DNA from: a virus
Lineage: Duplodnaviria; Caudoviricetes
Length of the DNA stretch: 26,691 bases
Direction: 5' to 3' (one strand)
Virus record (IMG/VR): IMGVR_UViG_3300015050_000645
Coordinates: 1-26,691 of that record
Position numbers and translations under genes: made by a program. Positions 16,398-24,521 of the stretch are shown in pieces. The notes beneath the pieces are model-generated. The model was not told the origin of the DNA. It did not search any database and saw only the letters and a list, made by a program, of their open reading frames with translations. Position 1 is the stretch's first letter. Each line of letters starts with the position of its first letter.

Positions 16398-17102
16398 TTA
16401 AGTGTTAACTACTTGGTCAAACGGGGTTGGCCCGGTGAACGACGGCGCAGAACGCGCAGCACTCGACCGGGCTCCAGCCAGCGATGCAGGCAGGGGCGTT
16501 TTGGAGGCGGCAGGGGTTGTGGAGGTGTGGCCCAGTTCGGCCATCACTTTTTCGCGGATTTCGGCTTCCAGCTTCGAGCGGTAAGCAGTCGGGTCATCGC
16601 CCATCTCTTGGGCCAACAGCATCCGGGCGCCTTCGCGATAAGCGAATTCCCACGGGTGTCTGTCGGCTTGCATCTGGGCGTACAGCGCTGGGTTTTTCTC
16701 CATCGCCGTTTTGAACACTTCGATCTTTTCGTCAATGTCCGCATGCGCTTGGCGTGCGATCATTTCGGAAGTGTTGAAGCGCTCGTTCAGGATTCGCTCC
16801 TGCATGACCTCGAAAGGGTTGCGCTCTTGCTGCTGTTCGCCTTGGGGTTGCTGACGTTGCTCAAGCTGACGCCTGACCTCTGCTAATTCACCCTCGTAGC
16901 GAGCCGCCTTTTCCTTCCAGTCCTGTCGCCCCTTGCGCTCTGCTTCCAGTGCAGCCAGGGGAACATGCCTTTCCTCGGTGTTTTGCGATGTCGTCTCGCT
17001 TTGACCTTCCCCGCCTTCACCGTCGCCGGTTTGTTGGGCTTGGTCTTCGACCTGCTGGCTTTCCTCGCGGGGTTGGCCAGTCAACACGTCTAGATCGCTC
17101 AT
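16398..17102 (-). CDS. Capsid scaffolding protein
   Basis: Acidic N-terminus, VPLAALEAERKGRQ coiled coil, PASLAGARS tail; between portal and capsid genes. Confidence 0.85.
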   Translation of the reverse strand: MSDLDVLTGQPREESQQVEDQAQQTGDGEGGEGQSETTSQNTEERHVPLAALEAERKGRQDWKEKAARYEGELAEVRRQLEQRQQPQGEQQQERNPFEVMQERILNERFNTSEMIARQAHADIDEKIEVFKTAMEKNPALYAQMQADRHPWEFAYREGARMLLAQEMGDDPTAYRSKLEAEIREKVMAELGHTSTTPAASKTPLPASLAGARSSAARSAPSFTGPTPFDQVVNT

Positions 17103-17114
17103 GCTTTTTCCTTC

Positions 17115-17217
17115 AACGCCCGTAATGCCCGGCGGCAGCAAACGCCCGAAACCTCGGCGGCAGGGCCAAAAAAAAAGCCGCCCGGTTTAAGGGGCGGCTG
17201 TAGTTCGGCGGGTAACT
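17115..17217 (-). promoter_or_regulatory. Scaffold leader with repeated CCGCCG-loop hairpins and CGGGCG partners
   Basis: Units at 17115-17140 and 17141-17165, plus a third hairpin at 17202-17217. Confidence 0.55.
17168..17199 (-). terminator. Intrinsic terminator after the portal gene
   Basis: AGCCGCCC...GGGCGGCT stem followed by a 9-T run. Confidence 0.85.
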
Positions 17218-17220
17218 TGT

Positions 17221-19269
17221 CTATGCGGAAACGGACTCACTCGGCTGCGGGTTCATTGCCCCGCTCACCATCAATGCGGTTTCAACTTCTGTCTGCTCGG
17301 TATTGGCTTGGACCAACTCGATGTCGGCCATCTTTCGCACCTCATCCAGCGGATGCGTCTGCTCGGGCTGATCGCCAGGCTTGGTCACGGCCATGCGCTT
17401 TGTCTGGCTGTCTGCTTCTTTCAGGTCCAGCTCGCGGTTTTTGAGTGCAAATTCCTGCTCGCGGTTGGCCAGGGCTTGCTCCAGCTTCTGGTTCTCTTGC
17501 GCAGCCTCTTGCAGCGCGGCCTTCATTTCCTCAATCTGCTGCTGCACTTCTGGCGGAATCTGCTTGCCCTGCTCCATTTCGTCAAGGATCGCGTCCTTGT
17601 TGCGCAGGTTCGATGCTTGGATGATTGCCTTCGGAGGGATGCCGATTCCGGCCTGAGCGAGTGAGCTAAGCACTTCAAACTGTTCGCTTTGTAGGGTGGA
17701 AATATCCGGCCCCTCTTCAATCACAATGTCCACGTCAAGGCCCGAAACGTCGTTCTCGACTTCCACAACCTCTTGCAAGCGCGGATCGTCCGGACTTTGG
17801 ATGCCCAGCTGCATTGCCATCTGCTGCTGCTCTTGTGGCGGCAACTGGCTCAGCTTTTCACCCAGCGTGACCTTCTTGTTCAGGCCGACCCATTTCAGGT
17901 TGCGCTCATCGTCAGTCACCCGGACCCACTTTTCCTCGGTCCAGAACTGCTTGATCCGCATCCATGTGGCTTCGTACACGTCGCGGCTGAATTGCTTCAG
18001 GTCATCAAGGCCGGGCTCTAGCTCGACGGCGCCGCCCTGCTGCTGAGCCTGGATGGCCTTGCCGGACTGCCCATCGGTCCCCTTGCCTGCAAGCGCCTGG
18101 GCCGGGCCGCTGGCCTGCATCTCCATGGTGGCCTGCTGCATCAGGGCAATTTGCCCTTGTGCCATGTCGCCAGTTGGCAGCACGCCGAAGTTCTCGCCAA
18201 ACTTCATGCCGCCGTTCATTTCGACGTGACCGTCTGGCTTGGCAAGCTCGATCTTTGCCTTTTGAGTATCCAGCAGCGCTTCTTTGCTGCCGAACGTCTG
18301 GCGCACGCTCATCAGGTGCAAGGCCTTGCTGCGGCGCTTGTTGATTTCGTCTTGCAGGCTGATCTGGCTGCGCACATCGCCGTAGCGGTTGTTCTCGCGG
18401 TCAACATACGCCGAACGCATGATGAGGCTTGAGCAGGAGTTGCCATCCTTGTCCAGATACGGCGAAACCTGCGGGTCAACCAGAAAGCCGCCCTTAGTGA
18501 AGGTGGCGACCATCCAGTCGTCACCCCACTTGTAGTGAATTTGCACGATCCGTACGCGTTTGCGCCGGCTGTCGCACCAGATTTGGTTGCGCGGGCGGTC
18601 GTCAAAGGTCTGGCTCATGGCGCCAGTGGTCGATGTCGTGTTCTCGATGGCGTCTTTGCGCTCTGGGTACTGCTGCATTGCAGCCTTGGCGTCCTCCCAA
18701 ATCACGATGCCTTTGTAGGTCGCGTCCTTGAAGTCCTTTTCTGAGCTGTGCGGGTCCCAGAACAAGCGATCCCAGGCCACCTTGCGGTAAACCACCTTGG
18801 AATCGTCGTTGCGGGTGCGCTCAACGATCACGTCAATGCCGCCGGTTCCTTCAATCAGCAGGTTCTCGTAAACATCGGAACGCTTTTCGTCATAGTCGTT
18901 CTGATCGCCGACGAATCGCAGCGCATCAGTTGCGGCTTCGGCGCCCTGTTCTTCCTCCGGGGTGCGCGGGAATGCTTTCGGGTCGCTGCGCATGCGGCGC
19001 TCAAAGCCGCGCAGGTATTCGACCTTGCGCTTGATGTAATTGATCGTCAGGGCTGGCTGTTTGCGCTTGCGCAAGATGGCCAGCTCTTCGGGCGTCCACT
19101 GATCGTTGTCGTAATAGTCCCGGTCGCGCTCGGCCAGGATGCGAGATTCACGGCAAGCCTCTTCCGATTCCTCGAAATAGCCGACGCACGCTCGCAATTG
19201 GTCGTCCAGATCACCCATGGTGGGCGCGGCGCCCTCTGCAGGGTTGATGATGCTGGATTCAATTGCCAT
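17221..19269 (-). CDS. Portal protein (P22-like)
   Basis: DRDYYDNDQW, PALTINYI and QDEINKRRSK motifs; Gln-rich coiled-coil C-terminal barrel. Confidence 0.92.
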   Translation of the reverse strand: MAIESSIINPAEGAAPTMGDLDDQLRACVGYFEESEEACRESRILAERDRDYYDNDQWTPEELAILRKRKQPALTINYIKRKVEYLRGFERRMRSDPKAFPRTPEEEQGAEAATDALRFVGDQNDYDEKRSDVYENLLIEGTGGIDVIVERTRNDDSKVVYRKVAWDRLFWDPHSSEKDFKDATYKGIVIWEDAKAAMQQYPERKDAIENTTSTTGAMSQTFDDRPRNQIWCDSRRKRVRIVQIHYKWGDDWMVATFTKGGFLVDPQVSPYLDKDGNSCSSLIMRSAYVDRENNRYGDVRSQISLQDEINKRRSKALHLMSVRQTFGSKEALLDTQKAKIELAKPDGHVEMNGGMKFGENFGVLPTGDMAQGQIALMQQATMEMQASGPAQALAGKGTDGQSGKAIQAQQQGGAVELEPGLDDLKQFSRDVYEATWMRIKQFWTEEKWVRVTDDERNLKWVGLNKKVTLGEKLSQLPPQEQQQMAMQLGIQSPDDPRLQEVVEVENDVSGLDVDIVIEEGPDISTLQSEQFEVLSSLAQAGIGIPPKAIIQASNLRNKDAILDEMEQGKQIPPEVQQQIEEMKAALQEAAQENQKLEQALANREQEFALKNRELDLKEADSQTKRMAVTKPGDQPEQTHPLDEVRKMADIELVQANTEQTEVETALMVSGAMNPQPSESVSA

Positions 19270-20889
19270 TTATGCGGTCTTCCAATCGTCGGTTTCTGGG
19301 TCTTCAAACTTGTCATACCAGCGGTCTTGGTACGGCTTCTTGTCGTCTTTCGCCGGGACAATGGCCGGGTGGGCGTCGCATATGGCCCTGCCAATCACGC
19401 TCGCTGCGTCTACTTCGTCATCGTTTGCGCCGGCCGGAAACTTGAGGTACTGGTTGATGACGTCATCGCCCTCAGGACCTTCAGGAATCCACACTCGCCC
19501 ACTGGCCGCCATGCCTTGGAAGGGCTGGGCCTTGGTTGGCTTGTCGCTTCCATGCGGAGACAAGGGTTCAATGCGCACATGGTTGCCCTGCTGGCGCATT
19601 TGCAGCTTCATGAAGGGCTCTGCGGCCTTCCAGTTGTTGTCAGCCTCGGGGAACCAGGCGAACGGCTTGTATTTCTTAATCAACCCAGTGATCGGTGGGC
19701 CGCCATCTGCCGGCTTGTCGTTTCCAATCACCTTGTCAGCCAGCACGTCCAGCGTGCATTGCTGGCGAAAACCGTCCAGCATCCAAAGATCGCCCTTGGA
19801 GTCAACACCCCAAACTCGGGCGCAGTTGTAATCGTTGTGGTCCTGCCCGCCTGGCGCGTGGTCGGTCGTCAGGTACTTGTTCAGGTGCTTCGGCTCCTGA
19901 TTCTTGCGATACCTGCGGAACCAATCCCTCTGAAAGAACGTGCCGGTTTCAGGGGCGGGCTTTTGTTGATAGAGGCTCGTCCATGTACGGCGCTTAATCA
20001 TGAATGGGCGCCAATGGTCCATGGGGTCGCCGGTCATCCGCCCAAACCACTCAGGCCACAGACTTTCTCCCAGCTTTCTGCCCAAAGGATCGTCCGCACG
20101 GTCGGCGATGGCAGGAAGGCAAATCACCTTCCACCTTCGTCCGTCACGCCCGTCAAACATGCCCGATTCGCCATCCCAGCCAATAGGCAGGATTCGCCCC
20201 GCGACATCATCCTCATGCCACCTAGTCATGATCTGCACTTGTGGCGAGCCAGGAATCAGCCGCGAGCAGAAATCATCAATGTAGGCGTCCCACGTCTTAT
20301 TGCGGATCGTCTCGCTCTCAGCTTCTGCTCTGCCCTTGAATGGGTCATCCAGCACACCTAGCGCGCCACGGTTGCCCGTTAGACCCGACAGCAAGCCGCC
20401 AGCCATAAACTCGCTACCATTGGTCAACGTCCACTGATGCGCCGCCTTCTGGTCGTGCATCAAGCCAAGCCCCATCAGGTTGCCAAAGGACTTGGAATTG
20501 ATCAATTGCCGAGCCCTGCGGCCCTGCTTTTCCGCAATCTCACTGGCATAACTCGCCAGAATCACGTTTCGCCGATTCTTGCGGCTCATGAACCACGGCA
20601 CAAACACCACGTCGCTGTAGGTGGATTTAGCCGACCCTGGCGGCATCAACACCATTAGGTTCGGTATCGACCCGTTCTCAATCCCCTGCAAGTCGTCGCA
20701 GAGCAACTTATGGTGCGCCGCCAGCTTGGACAGCTTCATCACGCCAAAAGCGTCTTCGTCGGCCTCATCCGTCAGCGGAACGGTGGGTATGTCCACCATG
20801 CACGCAAAATCAGCGAGCGATCGCTTTGCTAGCTCCCGCCTCGCGGCGATGACATCAGCCGCCGTTAAGCGGGATGCTACTGATTGCAC
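19270..20889 (-). CDS. terL: Terminase large subunit
   Basis: Walker A MPPGSAKS, Walker B VLDDP, MTRWHEDD, nuclease NDDEVDA. Confidence 0.95.
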   Translation of the reverse strand: MQSVASRLTAADVIAARRELAKRSLADFACMVDIPTVPLTDEADEDAFGVMKLSKLAAHHKLLCDDLQGIENGSIPNLMVLMPPGSAKSTYSDVVFVPWFMSRKNRRNVILASYASEIAEKQGRRARQLINSKSFGNLMGLGLMHDQKAAHQWTLTNGSEFMAGGLLSGLTGNRGALGVLDDPFKGRAEAESETIRNKTWDAYIDDFCSRLIPGSPQVQIMTRWHEDDVAGRILPIGWDGESGMFDGRDGRRWKVICLPAIADRADDPLGRKLGESLWPEWFGRMTGDPMDHWRPFMIKRRTWTSLYQQKPAPETGTFFQRDWFRRYRKNQEPKHLNKYLTTDHAPGGQDHNDYNCARVWGVDSKGDLWMLDGFRQQCTLDVLADKVIGNDKPADGGPPITGLIKKYKPFAWFPEADNNWKAAEPFMKLQMRQQGNHVRIEPLSPHGSDKPTKAQPFQGMAASGRVWIPEGPEGDDVINQYLKFPAGANDDEVDAASVIGRAICDAHPAIVPAKDDKKPYQDRWYDKFEDPETDDWKTA

Positions 20890-21331
20890 GTAGTTGCTCG
20901 GTCGTCAGTCCTGACAAGTTCATCTTGGACTCAATCGCTCCACCATCCGGCCCAGAATGCTCGATGGCCTTCACTTCGCGCCACTGAGCAGCACGCCGGT
21001 TTTTCAGCCAAAAGATGGCTGCCGTGGTGTCTGGCGGGTAAAACTTCCTGATCGGGGTCTGGATCACCTCATTGGCAATCACCCGAATATCCACCTCGTC
21101 ATGCTCATAGCCATTGGCACGAGCAAACAGACTGCGCTCAACCCGGTCATCCGCTTCATCCTTGCCGGCCTTTAGGGCCTGACAAAACTCTTTGTTCTCC
21201 GCTTTCCACCGGTACAGCGTCCGCACCTCGACCTCGAAAAAGTCAGCCAACTCAATGTCAGTTGCTCCTAACTTGCACAGCTTCTCAGCTTGAGCGACAA
21301 ACTCTTTCTTGAACTTTGATGGACGAGCCAT
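20855..21331 (-). CDS. terS: Terminase small subunit
   Basis: MARPSKFK start, HTH GATDIELADFFEV...TLYRW, PPDTTAAIFWLKNR. Confidence 0.92.
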   Translation of the reverse strand: MARPSKFKKEFVAQAEKLCKLGATDIELADFFEVEVRTLYRWKAENKEFCQALKAGKDEADDRVERSLFARANGYEHDEVDIRVIANEVIQTPIRKFYPPDTTAAIFWLKNRRAAQWREVKAIEHSGPDGGAIESKMNLSGLTTEQLRAISSIPLNGG

Positions 21332-21360
21332 GATTGATTTCTGGTGTCTGATGCGGCGGC

Positions 21361-21510
21361 CATCACGAATACGCCCGAAGGACCCCATCGGACTTAGCCT
21401 TTCAGCCTGGGGATTGCCGTTCTCGCTCGACCCATCGCGGCGATGAGCGCTGTCGCCAGATAATCCAGGCGGTTTACCCGCCGCCTGCACGCGATAGGTC
21501 CTGCGTGATG
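21361..21510 (-). ncRNA. Candidate structured RNA (multibranch, ~150 nt) upstream of terS
   Basis: Nested closing stems, four internal hairpins, GNRA loops and G-U pairs that form only on the minus strand. Confidence 0.55.
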
Positions 21511-21522
21511 TCTCGGGGCTCG

Positions 21523-21560
21523 AATAAAGAAAGCCCCCGGGCCGGTCAGCGCGGGGGCTA
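21523..21560 (-). terminator. Intrinsic terminator
   Basis: AGCCCCCG...CGGGGGCT followed by TTCTTTATT. Confidence 0.75.
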
Positions 21561-21589
21561 AGGCTCTTTGCGGGAGCCAAGGAGAAAAA

Positions 21590-21718
21590 TTAACGGCCGT
21601 TGGCTTTGCTCACGGCAATGACGGCCTCGGCCTGACTGTTGTGGCACGCGACCGACTCATAGCAGGCGGTGTCGAACGTCTTCCAGAAGCCATTGCTCCA
21701 GCGAACTTCGTATTTCAT
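21590..21718 (-). CDS. 42-aa hypothetical protein (not in the ORF track)
   Basis: MKYEVRWSNGFWKTFDTACYESVACHNSQAEAVIAVSKANGR; GGGAGA RBS. Confidence 0.65.
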   Translation of the reverse strand: MKYEVRWSNGFWKTFDTACYESVACHNSQAEAVIAVSKANGR

Positions 21719-21799
21719 GGGTTCTCCCAATTAGTTGCCCCAGACGCAGAACGATCCAGCTTGTCAATTAAGTGGCTCTGGCGGGTCTGGCTGGGGCGG

Positions 21800-21838
21800 A
21801 AACGAAAAAGCCCCGGCGCGTTGCTGCGTCGAGGCTTG
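21800..21838 (-). terminator. First late terminator (tR'-like)
   Basis: AAGCCTCG...CGGGGCTT followed by TTTCGTTT, about 210-245 nt downstream of the predicted late start site. Confidence 0.75.
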
Positions 21839-21855
21839 GATTAAATTTGGTGAAC

Positions 21856-21932
21856 TGCAAAGCGCGCTGGGAGTCGAACCCAATCCGGGCACCACAAGGT
21901 TTGCAGCCTTGCCCGGCCATGAAATCCACGCC
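21856..21932 (-). ncRNA. tRNA-Cys(GCA)-like element lacking a D arm (pseudo-tRNA or tRNA mimic)
   Basis: CAAGG-CTGCAAA-CCTTG anticodon arm, TTGGG-TTCGACT-CCCAG T arm, GGCGTG/CGCGCT acceptor-like pairing; no D arm and no CCA. Confidence 0.55.
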
Positions 21933-22052
21933 GCGTATCTCTACGCATTCACCAAAACGGCTGCTGACTAGGCCACCAGGTTGGAGCCTGGAAATGACCA
22001 ATCAGCATGCGTTTTGACAAATTTTGGAGGCACCTCTGCCTTCCTGCGCACC

Positions 22053-22081
22053 AATGTAAAGGAATATTCGGCATCCGTCAA
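22053..22081 (-). promoter_or_regulatory. Sigma70 late promoter (pR'-like)
   Basis: TTGACG-N17-TACATT immediately downstream of the Q-like gene. Confidence 0.8.
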
Positions 22082-22092
22082 AAGCAATGGTT

Positions 22093-22473
22093 TCACAGCA
22101 TCCCAGCAGCCATCAGACGGCGGCACAGTTCATTGCGCGCCTCAAGCACAATCACCCTGCGCTCCTCCTTGTCGGCCGGCAGACGTGGGCTGAACCACAC
22201 TTCGCGCCCGGTGTAGCAGTTGCGGGCCAGGATATAAATAGCCGCCTTGTGCGGGTCGCGCATTTCCGACACATGGAAGTCCACGGCCTTCATCTGCGCG
22301 GCGTTTACCGTGTCGTCGGCGATATCTGCCGTGCTGTCCCATCCTTTGGGGCTGACGGCGTTGCGGAACATCGGATCTGCGCCCGCAATCGGGACGGGGC
22401 TGTAATGCTTGCAGTGATGGTGCCAGCGGCTCAGAATGTCATCCAGAATCACGTTGGAGTCGTTTCGCATCAT
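22093..22473 (-). CDS. Putative late-gene regulator (antiterminator Q-like)
   Basis: Size and position: last early gene before a promoter-terminator pair; LDDILSRW N-terminus. Function inferred from gene order. Confidence 0.6.
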   Translation of the reverse strand: MMRNDSNVILDDILSRWHHHCKHYSPVPIAGADPMFRNAVSPKGWDSTADIADDTVNAAQMKAVDFHVSEMRDPHKAAIYILARNCYTGREVWFSPRLPADKEERRVIVLEARNELCRRLMAAGML

Positions 22474-22492
22474 TTGTCCGTCCTTTTAGTTG

Positions 22493-22744
22493 TCAGTGCT
22501 GGGTGTAGAGGGCTGTCATCAGAGGGTGCGCGGCCGGCCTGGTTGGCTCGGGTCTTTGCGCCGTCCATGTGGTGTTTCGCCCCCGTCCGCTTGGAAACAA
22601 TTGCTTTGTGTCGCGCCAGTACGCTAATGCGTTGCCGACCTGCAGGGCGTCAAACCCCGTAGCAGCCGTGATCGTTGCGCGCTTGGTGTTTGGGTTTGCC
22701 TCTACGTAAAGCAATACCTTTGCGCGGATTCCTTTGTTGTTCAC
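22493..22744 (-). CDS. Small winged-HTH-like protein
   Basis: GTGA-coupled start; VLLYVEANPNTKRATITAATG...VGNAL pattern. Confidence 0.6.
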   Translation of the reverse strand: MNNKGIRAKVLLYVEANPNTKRATITAATGFDALQVGNALAYWRDTKQLFPSGRGRNTTWTAQRPEPTRPAAHPLMTALYTQH

Positions 22745-23007
22745 CCCTGCTCTCCCGGCATTGGGAATTTCTGGCGGATGGCGGTGGCACAATATTCAGC
22801 ACCTCGGGTAGACCCATAAGCGACCGTATCCGGAGTCTCGTCCTCGGAACCGCTACGTAAATCACACTCAGCCGCGCATTCCTCGGCTATCAGGGCGGCA
22901 AATTTGCATATTTCGTCCTCGCTGTAGCCGTAGTCCGTTGTCCATGGCGGTAGGTGTGGGTCGGTCAACCCCGCCTCTTTCGCCAGTCGTTCGATGTCTG
23001 GGTTCAT
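22741..23007 (-). CDS. Hypothetical phage protein
   Basis: IERLAKEAG...KFAALIAEECA...CATAIR pattern common in phage early regions; AAGGA RBS. Confidence 0.75.
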   Translation of the reverse strand: MNPDIERLAKEAGLTDPHLPPWTTDYGYSEDEICKFAALIAEECAAECDLRSGSEDETPDTVAYGSTRGAEYCATAIRQKFPMPGEQG

Positions 23008-23022
23008 TTCAGTCCTTTCTTT

Positions 23023-23280
23023 TCATTTGGCCGCGTGTTCTAAGCTGCAGGGTGCAGGCTCGGGCATCCGGACCATCTGCGAGTGCCCCCGGCTTAAATT
23101 CAAAACTGCTGCATCGTGCGAACATTGCGGGTCATTGCAAACAATGCGGGCAGATTTGCCATCCTCAGACACCAAAGCGCCAAATCCGGCCTCATGCCCG
23201 CCGAACTCCCGCTTGCAGACCGGGCACGGCAGCCAGAAGTACCCAAACAACCATGCATGAATTCGATTCAGTGTTCTCAT
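23023..23280 (-). CDS. Hypothetical protein with Cys motifs
   Basis: CPVC and CNDPQC; GGGAGAG RBS. Confidence 0.65.
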   Translation of the reverse strand: MRTLNRIHAWLFGYFWLPCPVCKREFGGHEAGFGALVSEDGKSARIVCNDPQCSHDAAVLNLSRGHSQMVRMPEPAPCSLEHAAK

Positions 23281-23380
23281 CCCACTCTCCCAAGTTAATC
23301 AGGCGTAGTGCCTGGGGTAAAAAGATTCAATTCCATTTGGTCCCGTGCGCTAGCTGCCGCGTGCACGGGCGTCCGCCCCG

Positions 23381-23563
23381 TCAGTCACTCAGGGCGCCGA
23401 TGGTTAACATGCCGCCGATCACCGCGCCAAACAACGTTGACGCGATTGCGGCCAAGTGCAGAGCAACGGTCCCCTCCGGCAGGAGCGTGATTACCACAGC
23501 GCCCACCCACAGCGATGACAGGGCCACAATCAGCCCGACGACGACTCTTTGCCGCTTGCTCAT
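23381..23563 (-). CDS. Two-TM small membrane protein coupled to the SPFH gene
   Basis: ATGA overlap; two hydrophobic segments. Confidence 0.7.
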   Translation of the reverse strand: MSKRQRVVVGLIVALSSLWVGAVVITLLPEGTVALHLAAIASTLFGAVIGGMLTIGALSD

Positions 23564-24474
23564 TTCGCGTCCTTCCCCAGTTGCAAGAACGGCATCGGTG
23601 CGCCTGCGTACATATTCACAGGCAGCGCGCCGTTCCACTTCCCGGCCTTCACCATCTCCACTTCAATGCGGCGAAGTTCCAGCACATCCTTGGACTGCGA
23701 CAGAGCTGTGTTCTGGATTCGCAGGGCCTGTGCTTCGGCCTCGGCTTTTTTCAGCACCGAATACGCCTGCCCATCAGCAACCGCTTGCACAGCCTTGGCC
23801 TCAGCCTCGGCGACGGCGACCTTTTCCTTTTGCTGGGCGGTGACGGTCAGGACCTTCTTTTCAGCCGCTTGCAAGAGCTGGTCCTGATTGGTCTTTTCGT
23901 TGATCGCGGCCATGTACGCCGGATTGAATGAAAAGTTGGTCATGTCCACATTGATGATTTGCGCGCCGTACTGGGCGACACGGACACGCAGCAGCGCGAG
24001 AATGTCAGCCGCCACCTGCGGGCGCTGGGCGATCAGGTTGGGCGCGGTGTACTTGGCTGTAACGGCCTTGAACGTGTCCATGCTGGCCGTCGAGATGTAC
24101 GAATCCAGATTTCCGTCCTTGCTGTACTGCTCGAACACCTACGCAACTTTGGCAGGCACCACGGAGTAGCGAACGACAAGGCTGGTCTTCACCGGCTGCT
24201 GGTCAGAGGTCGCGCCGTCAGCATCCTTGATAGCGGCTTCTTCGGCGCGGACGTTGAAAATGCTCAGCTTTTCCCACGGCAGCAAGAGCATGAAGCCCTC
24301 GTTTTGAATGCCGCTGATCTTCCCGCCCACGGTAACCACGCCGCGATGCCCGGTCGGGACGGTTCGCACCGGCCAGAAAGCCACCGCCAGCACCAGCACA
24401 AACGCCATCAGCAGCCCTTCGCCGACTGCCTTGGGGATATTGATTTCCCCGTCTTTCACGTATCGGTTGAACAT
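23560..24474 (-). pseudogene. SPFH/band-7 (prohibitin-like) gene interrupted by an in-frame TAG at 24139-24141
   Basis: ORFs 24139-24474 and 23560-24138 share a frame and join into one SPFH protein (TM, VPTGHRGVV, AEAEA coiled coil, KWNGALP). Confidence 0.85.
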
Positions 24475-24521
24475 TTTTCTCTCCAGTTGTCGCGCCCAAA
24501 GCGGGGGCCGCTCCGCATCGG

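Noticed and set aside
18748-20361. 537-aa + strand ORF, and similar long antisense ORFs such as 15367-16401 and 22938-23843
   Set aside because: Shadows of real GC-rich minus-strand genes; no recognisable motifs.
21385-21420. Group I intron, suggested by GGCAATCCCCAG...CTAAGTCC on the minus strand
   Set aside because: The element is only ~150 nt, interrupts no gene, and I could not find the P7 core.
21332-21580. N-terminal extension of terS called by the ORF track
   Set aside because: It crosses a terminator and a structured region; the typical terS start MARPSK is at 21331.
23295-23336. 13-aa ORF MELNLFTPGTTPD on the minus strand
   Set aside because: Too short and without a convincing RBS; possibly a gene remnant.
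24139-24141. Genome-wide TAG recoding or a phage suppressor tRNA
   Set aside because: TAG ends the portal and methyltransferase genes at sensible positions, no other gene is split, and the tRNA-like element reads GCA rather than CTA.
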